Part shown: positions 9,233 to 17,642 of the stretch, one piece after another
Position numbering within the stretch: the first letter of the stretch is position 1
How the letters are laid out: each line of letters starts with the position of its first letter
Assembly: GCF_003149375.1 (NCBI RefSeq)
Contig: NZ_QFWH01000001.1
Span: forward strand, 419,593-483,592
Direction of reading: 5' to 3'
DNA from: Vampirovibrio chlorellavorus
GTDB taxonomy: Bacteria > Cyanobacteriota > Vampirovibrionia > Vampirovibrionales > Vampirovibrionaceae
Length of the DNA stretch: 64,000 nucleotides
Notes under the pieces: generated by a model
What the model was told of the DNA's origin: nothing
What the model saw: only the letters and a program-made list of their open reading frames with translations
The model's database searches: none
Made by a program: the position numbers and the translations under genes

Positions 9233-10647
9233 TAGCAGGTGGCCTCCATTTGTTGCAGAATCTCAGGGGGTTGCGGGGTGCCGGGTGGGGCATTCAGCTT
9301 GAGGAACTTCCGCACGGCTTCCACATAGCGCTCAATTTCACTCGGTGAAGTCATTTCGGTGCAGGCAATCAGCAGGCAGTTTTTGGCGTCCGGGTAAAAG
9401 CGCTCCAGGGCAATACCGCCCAGAATGCCTTCTTGCTCCAGATGCTGGAGCAGAGGGGCCACCGGCACCGGGAAGCGCAGAGCCACTTCTGAAAAGAAGG
9501 CTTGGCCGGGTTTGTACAAATTGACGCCGGGTAGTTTTCGTAATGCGCTGGCCAGCGCGTGGGTGCGTTGCAGCGATAGATTGGCCAGGTGCTTTAGGCC
9601 GTTGGGCCCCACCAGAGTAAGATACACCGTGGCCTTGAGGACATTGAGGGCCTGATTGGTGCAGATGTTGCTGGTGGCCTTCTCTCGCCGGATGTGTTGC
9701 TCCCGGGTTTGCAGGGTCAGGGTGTAGCACTGTTTGCCGTGGCGATCCACCGTTTTGCCCACCAAGCGTCCCGGTAATTGCCGCACATACTTGTTTTGGG
9801 TGGCAATATAGCCGCCATAGGGGCCACCGAAAGACAGGTGATTGCCCAAGGGCTGGATATCGCCGGTGACAATATCGGCTCCGTAGCTGCCGGGCGCTTT
9901 AAGCAGTCCCAGTGAAACCGGTTCGGCGGAAACGATGAAGAGGGCCCCGGTGGCCTGGCAAAACTGGCGGATACTCTGGGTTTCTTCCAGTCCTCCCCAG
10001 TAGTTGGGCACTTGAACGATTACGCAGGCGGTTTTTTGGGCCTGCGGATGGTTGGGATTCAGTGCTTCGCCGGGTTTTAGCGGATCAAAGGTTTCCACAG
10101 TCACTTCGCCCAGCCCGTTGGCGTAGGTTTGCAGCACTTTGCGGTAGTCCGGGTGGACTGAGTTGGCGATGAGAATGCGATGGCGGCGAGTGGTGCGCAT
10201 GGCCATAAAGGCGGCCTCCGTCACGGCGGAAGCCCCATCGTAGACCGAGGCGTTGGCCACATCCATGCCGGTCAGTTCGCAGATCATGGTCTGGAACTCG
10301 TAGGTCACTTGCAGGGTGCCCTGGGCGATTTCCGGCTGGTAGGGGGTGTAGGCGGTGTAAAACTCGGAACGGCTGGCAATGGTATTCACGGCCATGGGGA
10401 TAAACCGGTTATAGGCCCCGCCCCCTAAAAAGCAGGTGAGTTCTGTGCCCTTGTTCTGGCGGGCCAGGGCTTGTAACTCGGCCTGTAACTCCGCCTCGGT
10501 CAAGCCCTGTTGGGGTAGCACCGAGTACTGCATATTCTGGCGCAGGGCGGCCGGGATGTCACTGAACAGGGCGTCGATACTTTTTACCCCGATTTTGGCG
10601 AGCATCAACTGACGTTCCGCCTCGGTGTGGGGAAGAAAGTTATACAT
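9232..10647 (-). CDS. gcvPA: Glycine dehydrogenase (decarboxylating) subunit 1, the N-terminal P-protein half
   Basis: MYNFLPHTEAERQLMLAKIGV... is a canonical GcvPA N-terminus. The start was chosen at Met65 of ORF 9232..10839, which is preceded by AGAGAGGAAAGG. Confidence 0.9.
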   Translation of the reverse strand: MYNFLPHTEAERQLMLAKIGVKSIDALFSDIPAALRQNMQYSVLPQQGLTEAELQAELQALARQNKGTELTCFLGGGAYNRFIPMAVNTIASRSEFYTAYTPYQPEIAQGTLQVTYEFQTMICELTGMDVANASVYDGASAVTEAAFMAMRTTRRHRILIANSVHPDYRKVLQTYANGLGEVTVETFDPLKPGEALNPNHPQAQKTACVIVQVPNYWGGLEETQSIRQFCQATGALFIVSAEPVSLGLLKAPGSYGADIVTGDIQPLGNHLSFGGPYGGYIATQNKYVRQLPGRLVGKTVDRHGKQCYTLTLQTREQHIRREKATSNICTNQALNVLKATVYLTLVGPNGLKHLANLSLQRTHALASALRKLPGVNLYKPGQAFFSEVALRFPVPVAPLLQHLEQEGILGGIALERFYPDAKNCLLIACTEMTSPSEIERYVEAVRKFLKLNAPPGTPQPPEILQQMEATC

Positions 10648-10810
10648 CACTTTGCCTTTCCTCTCTTTTGCCTTTTTTCTCGGTGTGCAGCCCCATGCAG
10701 GGTTTGGAGTGCGCTGCGCTGGATGACCCCTGACAGTTCCACTTGTTGGATGCGTAAGCGGTTTAACAATTGCGTTTGGACGCCTAGTATCCGCAAATAC
10801 CACCATGGTC

Positions 10811-10839
10811 ATTATAGTACGACGAGTTACCCCCGCCAA
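10811..10839 (-). promoter_or_regulatory. Candidate sigma-70 promoter inside the gcvH-gcvPA spacer (TTGGCG, 17 bp, TATAAT) on the minus strand
   Basis: Reverse complement reads ttggcgggggtaactcgtcgtacTATAAT. The -10 hexamer is perfect and sits about 165 nt upstream of the gcvPA start. Confidence 0.35.
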
Positions 10840-10895
10840 GTGAGCAAGGGCAGGTTACTGTTCAGAGCCGGTCAAGACAAACGTTAGGAGCGACT

Positions 10896-11297
10896 TTAGT
10901 TGGCTTCGCCGATGAATTTCAGGTAGCTGTCGGCGTCCATCAGTTTTTTTAAATCATCCGGGTTGGAGAGCAGAATTTCCAGCATCCAGCCGCCGTTGTA
11001 GGGATCGTCGTTGACCATCTGGGGTTCTTCGCTCAGTTGGGTGTTTACGGCGATGATTTCGCCCGCTACGGGCAAATAAAGCTCGGACTGGGCTTTAACG
11101 GACTCAATGGAGCCAAAGGACTCATTCTGGTCAAAGGTTTGGCCCACATCCGGCAGCTCCACAAACACGATGTCGCCCAATTGTCCGGCGGCGTATTCGG
11201 TAATGCCCACTCGCACCCGATCATCATCCATGGTGCGGACGTATTCGTGTGTCTCTGCAACTAAAATGTCATCCGGCATAATGAATTCGGTCGCCAT
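10896..11297 (-). CDS. gcvH: Glycine cleavage system H protein (lipoyl carrier)
   Basis: 133 aa. The lipoyl-lysine context ESVKAQSELY is present. Confidence 0.95.
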   Translation of the reverse strand: MATEFIMPDDILVAETHEYVRTMDDDRVRVGITEYAAGQLGDIVFVELPDVGQTFDQNESFGSIESVKAQSELYLPVAGEIIAVNTQLSEEPQMVNDDPYNGGWMLEILLSNPDDLKKLMDADSYLKFIGEAN

Positions 11298-11320
11298 GGG
11301 GGGTAATCTCCTAACGGGCT

Positions 11321-12499
11321 CTACTTCTGATAAAAAGGTCTTTCAACGATCTCAGCGTCCACATCCACCCCACGCACCCGGATTTGAATGGTGTCACCCG
11401 GGCCGATGACCGTTTGGGAGCGAATATAGCCCATGCCAATAGGCACATTGAACAAGGGTGAAATGGAGCCGCTGGTTACAGTGCCCACCGGTGTACCGTT
11501 TTTATAAATGATATCGTGCTGGCGGGCAATGGTTCGTTTGTTGATGGTAAAACAATAAAATTCCTTGTCCAGCCCTTTTTCCTGTTGCTGGCGGAGGGCC
11601 TGCTTGCCGATGAAATCTCCCGGCTTGTTGAGCTTGACCGACCAGGCCAGTCCAGCCTCCAGCGGCGTGTCAGACTCGGAAATGTCGTACCCGTGTAGGG
11701 GATAGGCCGCTTCCAGGCGCAAGGTGTCCCGCGCGCCCAGTCCAATGGGCTGCAAACCGATGGGTTTCCCCAGATCCAGCAGTAAATCCCAAAGGTATTC
11801 CGCTTTGGCGGCGGGAACAATGATCTCCACCCCATCTTCCCCGGTATAGCCGGTTCTGGAGAGGAGGACGCCCGTTTCCTGAATGGTAGCGTCGGTAAGC
11901 TGGAAGCGCTTGGGCAGATAGTCCGTATCAAAGCCGGTGCGGGCCAATATATCGGCGAACAGGGGTCCTTGTAGCGCAAACAGGCTGTAATGCGCGTACA
12001 AATCCTGAACCTGAATTTGCGGGTAATGCAACGCTTTGGCCTGAGTGTTCAGCCAGTCAAGGTCTTTTGCCGCATTGGCCGCGTTGCAGATGACCATAAA
12101 TTCCTGAAATTCAGGGAAGGCGGGGAGTTCAGGCAGCATATACACAATGACGTCATCGATAATGCCGCCCTGTTCGTTTAAAAACTGGGTGTAGAGGGCT
12201 TTCCCCGGAAACAGCTTGCGTAAGTCCTGTGGCACCAGTCGATCCAGAAAAGCCCGTGTGGTTTCCACATCCCCACAGGAGACAATGACCAACGCCATGT
12301 GGGAAATGTCAAACAGGCCTGCCGCTTGCCGGACGGCATGATGCTCCTCCAGCACTTTGCCGTATTGCAACGGCATTTGCCAGCCTGCAAAGTCAACCAT
12401 TTTGGCGCCCCGGGCCACATGGTTACGGTAAAGCGGTGTTTGTCTGGCGATTGTATTTAATTCAGGAGCGTTTGGCTCCGGCGTGGGTTGGATGGTCAT
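11321..12499 (-). CDS. gcvT: Aminomethyltransferase (glycine cleavage T protein)
   Basis: RQTPLYRNHVARGAKMVDFAGWQMPLQY is a canonical GcvT N-terminus. The start was taken at Met39 of ORF 11321..12613, where the open frame continues upstream. Confidence 0.9.
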   Translation of the reverse strand: MTIQPTPEPNAPELNTIARQTPLYRNHVARGAKMVDFAGWQMPLQYGKVLEEHHAVRQAAGLFDISHMALVIVSCGDVETTRAFLDRLVPQDLRKLFPGKALYTQFLNEQGGIIDDVIVYMLPELPAFPEFQEFMVICNAANAAKDLDWLNTQAKALHYPQIQVQDLYAHYSLFALQGPLFADILARTGFDTDYLPKRFQLTDATIQETGVLLSRTGYTGEDGVEIIVPAAKAEYLWDLLLDLGKPIGLQPIGLGARDTLRLEAAYPLHGYDISESDTPLEAGLAWSVKLNKPGDFIGKQALRQQQEKGLDKEFYCFTINKRTIARQHDIIYKNGTPVGTVTSGSISPLFNVPIGMGYIRSQTVIGPGDTIQIRVRGVDVDAEIVERPFYQK

Positions 12500-12835
12500 A
12501 GGTAGATTTTTCACCAGCCCCTGCCACTTGTCAAATTTAAAGATCCATTGGCCTGGAACGCGTTTCAGCTTGGGATGTTTTTCAGATAGCGGATGACCTA
12601 CGGCAGCAGCCACACCGTTAAAGCGTATGCCAAGCCAGCCAAGGCAACCTGAATCGCAAGGTTCTTCACAGGATTGGCAGGACTGACGCTGATGGCGATG
12701 GCCTTGGGTTGAGAGGGGTGCTGATTCGCACGAGAAGTTTGATAGGGTCGCATTCAGTCTTACGCTCCATCGTTATCTGCTTCTATATCCGCTTCGACGT
12801 TTCTGGTGAAAACTTTAGGGGAAAATTCTTTTTTG

Positions 12836-13750
12836 TTACGAAGCGTGTGTCTGGTAACTTTGCTCAATGACTTTTTCAATGAGAGACGGGTTTTCCCGCA
12901 GGGAAGAGCCATCTGCTCGGTAACATCCTCGGGTATAGTATAGCAGAAATTCGATATTTCCTTTTGGGCCGGTTATAGGAGAAAAATCCAGACCGGCCAA
13001 AGTCCAGTCCGGCAGTAAATCGTGGAGATCCCGAAGCACTCCGTTCACAATGGTTTTATGGGTTTCCAGGCCTTTTACCACTCCTTTGAATTTGGTGTCC
13101 TGAATGTAGTCCTTATGCTCGAACTGGGGCTTTAGCAGGGCAATCATCTCGGCATCCGGGCCAAGCAGGGCGCTTAAAGGGGGCAGCACCTTTTTTAAGG
13201 AGATGAACGAGGTGTCCACCACGCCCAGCGTGGGCTGTCCTTCCAGTTGTTCCGCTGTAAGTTCCCGAATGTTGGTTTTTTCCAGCACCTGAACCCGTGG
13301 GTCGCTGCGCAGCTTCCAGTCCAGTTGCCCATAGCCCACGTCTACGGCTATCACTTGACGGGCCCCGTGTTGCAACAGGCAATCGGTAAATCCCCCGGTA
13401 GAGGCCCCCACATCCATGCACACCCGATCCTGTACCGTAATTTCAAACCGGGGAAGGGCCTTGGCCAGTTTCAGTCCCCCACGGCTGACAAAGGGTTGCA
13501 GCCCGCTGACCTCAATATCGGTTTCTTCCACCGAAATCAGGGTGCCCGGCTTTTTCAGGACCTCTCCCCGCACCTTGACCTTGCCGTCCATAATCAGGGC
13601 CTGGGCTTGAGCCCGGGTACCGCATAGGCCCCGATCCATCACCAGTTTATCCAGTCTTTCTTTTTGAGTGGCCACGGCTTGGTTCTCTTTTTGATCGCTT
13701 TCTTTTGCATCTCTTATTGTAGACTTTTCTATACTACAAGGAATGGGCAT
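12836..13750 (-). CDS. tlyA: TlyA-family rRNA 2'-O-methyltransferase (hemolysin A-like). It has an S4 domain and an FtsJ-like methyltransferase domain
   Basis: KERLDKLVMDRGL..RAQAQALIMDGKVKV is the S4 domain, then VCMDVGASTGGFTDCLL. The start is uncertain. Candidates are Met7 at 13750 or an in-frame GTG at 13675 (giving V/M-ATQKERLDKL, a typical TlyA N-terminus). Confidence 0.8.
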   Translation of the reverse strand: MPIPCSIEKSTIRDAKESDQKENQAVATQKERLDKLVMDRGLCGTRAQAQALIMDGKVKVRGEVLKKPGTLISVEETDIEVSGLQPFVSRGGLKLAKALPRFEITVQDRVCMDVGASTGGFTDCLLQHGARQVIAVDVGYGQLDWKLRSDPRVQVLEKTNIRELTAEQLEGQPTLGVVDTSFISLKKVLPPLSALLGPDAEMIALLKPQFEHKDYIQDTKFKGVVKGLETHKTIVNGVLRDLHDLLPDWTLAGLDFSPITGPKGNIEFLLYYTRGCYRADGSSLRENPSLIEKVIEQSYQTHAS

Positions 13751-13776
13751 CCCGAGAAAGCAACGCAAACTGGCTT

Positions 13777-14370
13777 ATGAGCGATAAATATCTCATTGTG
13801 GGGCTGGGCAATCCCGGCAAACAGTACGAGGCCACCCGCCATAATATTGGCTTTATGGTGCTGGAGGCCCTGAGCCGTCGGGCCGGTATCGTCGGCAAGT
13901 CGGAGAGTCGCTTTAAGGCCGTGGTGGGTCTGGGCCGTCTGGGCAGTTACCCGGTGATTCTGGCTCAACCGCTGACTTACATGAATTTATCGGGTGAAGC
14001 GGTGCTGAAGCTGATGAACTATTATGATGTGCCCCCGGAGCGCCTGTTGGTGATTTATGACGAGGCGGCCTTGCCCTTCGGCAAAATCCGGGTACGGCCC
14101 GCTGGCAGTGATGCCGGTCAAAAAGGGGTGCGCTCCATTATTCAGCAGTTGGGCGGTAATCAGCAGTTCGCCCGGCTGCGGGTGGGCATTGGCTCTCCCC
14201 CCCCGCCCATGGCCATGCCGGATTTTGTGCTGTCCAAATTCGCCCCGGAAGAGCAGAAACATCTGCCAGAGATTATTGACGCGGCACTGGATGCCGTGGA
14301 AGCCTGGATGAGCGTAGGGGTGGAAGAAACCATGACCCGTTATAACGGGCGCCTGTTGTTACCGCAGTGA
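13777..14370 (+). CDS. pth: Peptidyl-tRNA hydrolase
   Basis: MSDKYLIVGLGNPGKQYEATRHNIGFMV is a canonical Pth N-terminus. Confidence 0.95.
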   Translation: MSDKYLIVGLGNPGKQYEATRHNIGFMVLEALSRRAGIVGKSESRFKAVVGLGRLGSYPVILAQPLTYMNLSGEAVLKLMNYYDVPPERLLVIYDEAALPFGKIRVRPAGSDAGQKGVRSIIQQLGGNQQFARLRVGIGSPPPPMAMPDFVLSKFAPEEQKHLPEIIDAALDAVEAWMSVGVEETMTRYNGRLLLPQ

Positions 14371-15339
14371 CGAGTGACCGCTCGCCCATTGTTTCAGGCA
14401 TTTGGCCAGCGGACGGTAGCTGTGATCCAGCACAAAGTTTACTCCATGGTCGATGGGATGCACGATAAAGGGGATGATGGCCATACTGCCGATTAACGGC
14501 AGGGCGATACACAGGTTCTTTTCGGCTTTAGGCCCCCATTTTTGAACCATTTCGGCGAATTTTTGAGAGGGCTTTAGTTTTTGCAGCAGGTGATCGTCAA
14601 TGCCTTTTTTCAGCTTGCCCAACCAGCGCTGATCGAAGCGGTACCAGCCTTTGGCCTCAATCTCGTGGCTGATTTCATGCTGAAGTATTTCCTTGACCGC
14701 CTTTTGCTTGCCCAATAGGCGGTTTAGTCCCAGCTTCAGACTGTCCCGGGTTACGGCCACCAAAAAGGCCGGAATGGAATAGCTGGCCCCATACTGGAAC
14801 AGGGCTGCATCCAGACCCGAGGTGGTGGCGCTGAGGACTTGAAGCCCTTGGCTCTCTCCGGCGTTTCTGGATTGCCGGTACCCTTTGACGGCTTTGTCAA
14901 AGGCATCCAAAGCCACGTAGCCACCCACCGCGGTATAGGAGTGCTTGACGATGCCATCGGCGTTATTGCTGGTAAGGGAAGAGGCTTTGAGCAGGTCCTT
15001 GAAGGATTCCCCCAGTTCGTTTACGTACCCCAGATAGCGCAAAGGCGTATCTCTATAGATATCTTTAGCTGCTCCCGTGGCCTGCTGGTGATGGTGGGAG
15101 CCTTGATGGGGCTGGTGATGGCGGGGTGTGGCCATGGGAGCCATTCCCTGGGCCGCCGACATTGGGTTTTGATTGGCAGGCGTCGCATGGAAGGCTTTGG
15201 TGGTTGCTGGACCACTCCAGATTGGGGAAGGCGATGCCAAAGAGGCTGGGCGAGCAGGGCCATAGCCGTTAGGCGGGTATGGCTGCTGGGCCGTCCAGAC
15301 GGGGATTGGCGGTAAGGTATTCGCTAGAGTCGGTTGCAA
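14359..15339 (-). CDS. MTP18/MTFP1-like domain protein. The core is homologous to eukaryotic mitochondrial fission process protein 1. It has a Pro/His-rich N-terminal tail and an inserted basic helical segment
   Basis: DIYRDTPLRYLGYVNELGESFKDL aligns to human MTFP1 DLYRDTWVRYLGYANEVGEAFRSL. YVALDAFDKAVK aligns to YVLADAIDKGKK, and IIPFIVHPIDHGVNFVLDHSYRPL to IPIIIHPIDRSVDFLLDSSLRKL. The human sequence is recalled from memory. Confidence 0.6.
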   Translation of the reverse strand: MQPTLANTLPPIPVWTAQQPYPPNGYGPARPASLASPSPIWSGPATTKAFHATPANQNPMSAAQGMAPMATPRHHQPHQGSHHHQQATGAAKDIYRDTPLRYLGYVNELGESFKDLLKASSLTSNNADGIVKHSYTAVGGYVALDAFDKAVKGYRQSRNAGESQGLQVLSATTSGLDAALFQYGASYSIPAFLVAVTRDSLKLGLNRLLGKQKAVKEILQHEISHEIEAKGWYRFDQRWLGKLKKGIDDHLLQKLKPSQKFAEMVQKWGPKAEKNLCIALPLIGSMAIIPFIVHPIDHGVNFVLDHSYRPLAKCLKQWASGHSSLR

Positions 15340-15436
15340 GGTCTTTGAATCTCTTTGCGGATATTACAGGCTTTATACACTTAACAACCCTGAAGCGGGT
15401 TTTTTGATAGTTTGTAAAGTCTGTTTAAGAGCAGGC

Positions 15437-16300
15437 TTATGCGATATGTTTCTGGCTTAAAATGCGGGCCCGGCCTAATGTCTGCGCCAACTGGGTCAGG
15501 AATCGTCTTACCTGGGGAATGGGGGCGTTGTTGTTGATGACCAAATCGGCCACTTCACGGGTGGGCAGAATATGTCGTTCCAGGCATTGCACGGTGGTAC
15601 GCCACATGTTGTCGGTAATACCCCGGTTTTCCTGAATATTTCGGGATAGCCAGCGTTGGCGACGGGTCTGTTCATCCACATCCACATAAATTTTAAAGTG
15701 GTATAAGGGCAAAATGGCCGATTCATAGAAGGCATGAATCCCTTCGGTGACCATAAAGGGTGTCACTGTGAGAGGCAGGTCTTCTTCAATGATGCTGGGT
15801 TTCTGTTGGGGGGTGCCAAAGCGCAGTTTGGGGATGTAGATGCTTCCGCCCAGCGGCTGAGCCTGAAAGCGTTGTAAGTCTCGCCCCAAATGCCGAAAGC
15901 GGATGTGATCGGGGTCATCAAAGTCGATATGATCGTAAAACAGGCTCAGGGGCACATGCGGAAAGTCCGCCTCAAAGTCCCGGTAGTAATTGTCCTGACT
16001 AAAGGAGGCCACTTCGGTGAACTGGCTCAGTTCCTGCACCAGTGTTTCCCGGATAAAAGACTTGCCGGAGCCGGAAGGGCCGGTGAGGGCAACCACAAAA
16101 GGCTGAGGAACAAAGGCGATATGGTGGGCCCACCGGGACAGGTCGTCCCAGAAAAACAGCGAAACGGACTGCACGACAGGCATTTCGCTTCGACTGTCCT
16201 CGGCCAGAAGCGCTTGCACCTGGGAAATGATCGAATCAATCCCTCTGGAGGGAGGGAAGGCGGTCTCGGGGCTATCGGCAGGGGGATTTCTATGAGTCAT
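15437..16300 (-). CDS. PRK-family P-loop kinase (phosphoribulokinase/uridine kinase/pantothenate kinase-like)
   Basis: The P-loop VVALTGPSGSGKSF sits about 75 aa from the N-terminus. KIYVDVDEQTRRQRWLSRNIQENR and the C-terminal ILPTREVADLV match the CoaA/Udk family. Confidence 0.6.
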   Translation of the reverse strand: MTHRNPPADSPETAFPPSRGIDSIISQVQALLAEDSRSEMPVVQSVSLFFWDDLSRWAHHIAFVPQPFVVALTGPSGSGKSFIRETLVQELSQFTEVASFSQDNYYRDFEADFPHVPLSLFYDHIDFDDPDHIRFRHLGRDLQRFQAQPLGGSIYIPKLRFGTPQQKPSIIEEDLPLTVTPFMVTEGIHAFYESAILPLYHFKIYVDVDEQTRRQRWLSRNIQENRGITDNMWRTTVQCLERHILPTREVADLVINNNAPIPQVRRFLTQLAQTLGRARILSQKHIA

Positions 16301-16432
16301 CGGGCGTCTGTTTTCGTACGGAAGTTCTCTTATTCTAGCGAAGAGCCGTCCGGGACAACAGAAAAATTTGCCATGGCAGGTAAGGGCAAGGGGTTTCGCC
16401 CCGGATGGTAAATGGTCGATCGTTGTTTTGGA

Positions 16433-16453
16433 AAACCGAACATTTATCGGTTT
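16433..16453. promoter_or_regulatory. Perfect inverted repeat AAACCGA-N7-TCGGTTT, a candidate operator in the divergent intergenic region upstream of the WYL regulator pair
   Basis: Seen directly. A second related inverted repeat (CCGAA-N14-TTCGG, with internal AACCGGTT) lies at about 16495..16518. Confidence 0.35.
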
Positions 16454-16529
16454 ACATCTAAAGTTGGCTCAGTCACCATGAAGATTCAATGAAAGCCGAA
16501 CCGGTTTTGTTCAATTCGGGGTTTCAAGC

Positions 16530-17642
16530 GTGATTAGTCAGCAATCGGACAATCTGGACGCCAATCTCGCTCCATTTCTGGAGCTGGGCGTGGAAACGGA
16601 AGAAGGCCTGCGATCTTCGGAAGACCAGCCCCTGTCCGCTCGTCGGGCTCTGAATGGAACGGCCTATAGGATTTATCGACTCCTGCAATGGCTCATTCAA
16701 GCGCCCCTGACCGTTGACCAGCTGAATCGAAAATTTGAGCAGGATCCGGGGATCGGCAAGCCTGTTTCCAACGATTCCATCTGGTTGTATGTCAATACCC
16801 TCAAGGCGCTGGGCTGTGTTATTCGTCGGCCCAGCCCACGCAATGGTTTTGCCTATCAAATGGTCAGTCATCCGTTTGGAATGACGCTCGAGCAAAACGG
16901 GCTGGAGGTTCTGGCGCAGGCCAAGGTGGTGGCGCAACGGCATTTCTCGCCGCAGGAAATGTTGGCCCTGGACAGCCTGCTGAAGAAGATGATCGCCCAG
17001 AGTCTGTTGCAAGGCTCTGAGGATGGTAGTGAATGGATGACCCAGTTGTTTGTGCAAAGCCGCAGTCTCGACTCTCAGGAATGCCGGACGCGCATTGAGC
17101 AACTGGAGCGCTCTATTCTGGAAGAGAGTTTACTGGAAGTCACCTACGCCTCTCCCCTGAAGGGTGAAAGTGTGTTCACCTTTCTGCCTGAGAGCCTGTT
17201 TTATCGTCAGGGGGTGGTTTATGTGCGAGGCGAACGTCTGGACTATCCGGGGCCCAGCAGTTTGCGAGTGGATCGTTTACTGGGTGTGCAAACGATTCAG
17301 GATGATGACTTACGCACTCAGCTGATTGACCGTCAGCAGGTCAAGGTTGAGATTGTGCTGAAGGTTTTTGTGAGATCACCGCGCGGTTTTCAGGGGTTTG
17401 CCCTGGACCCCAATCAGGGCGTCTATCAGGAAAGCCGTTTGTGGGTGGATGGCCCGGACCCCCATTACGAGGTTCGCCTGCTGGTGCGGGATTTCTTTTA
17501 TGTGAAGCAGACGCTCTTGTCTCTGGGCTTGCCCTTTGCCATTGAGAGCCCGGATGTATTCAGGCAGGACATGAGGGAAACCCTTGATACGATGCTGGAA
17601 TTTTACAAGGCGAAAGGAAGTACAGCGGATGGCCATGGCTAG
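16530..17642 (+). CDS. WYL-domain transcriptional regulator, 1 of 2. It has an N-terminal winged HTH, a central WYL-like domain and a C-terminal extension, in a PafB/PafC/BrxR-like architecture
   Basis: It has a GTG start. The wHTH is SNDSIWLYVNTLKALGCVIRRPSPRNGFAYQM. The WYL-like core is VFTFLPESLFYRQGVVYVRGERLDYPGPSSLRVDRL. Confidence 0.6.
   Translation: MISQQSDNLDANLAPFLELGVETEEGLRSSEDQPLSARRALNGTAYRIYRLLQWLIQAPLTVDQLNRKFEQDPGIGKPVSNDSIWLYVNTLKALGCVIRRPSPRNGFAYQMVSHPFGMTLEQNGLEVLAQAKVVAQRHFSPQEMLALDSLLKKMIAQSLLQGSEDGSEWMTQLFVQSRSLDSQECRTRIEQLERSILEESLLEVTYASPLKGESVFTFLPESLFYRQGVVYVRGERLDYPGPSSLRVDRLLGVQTIQDDDLRTQLIDRQQVKVEIVLKVFVRSPRGFQGFALDPNQGVYQESRLWVDGPDPHYEVRLLVRDFFYVKQTLLSLGLPFAIESPDVFRQDMRETLDTMLEFYKAKGSTADGHG

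Noticed and set aside
12500-12835. Glycine riboswitch upstream of gcvT or gcvPA
   Set aside because: A manual scan of both leaders found none of the conserved aptamer cores (ACCGAAGG, CUCUGGAGAG). It is kept only as a question needing a covariance-model search. See findings.
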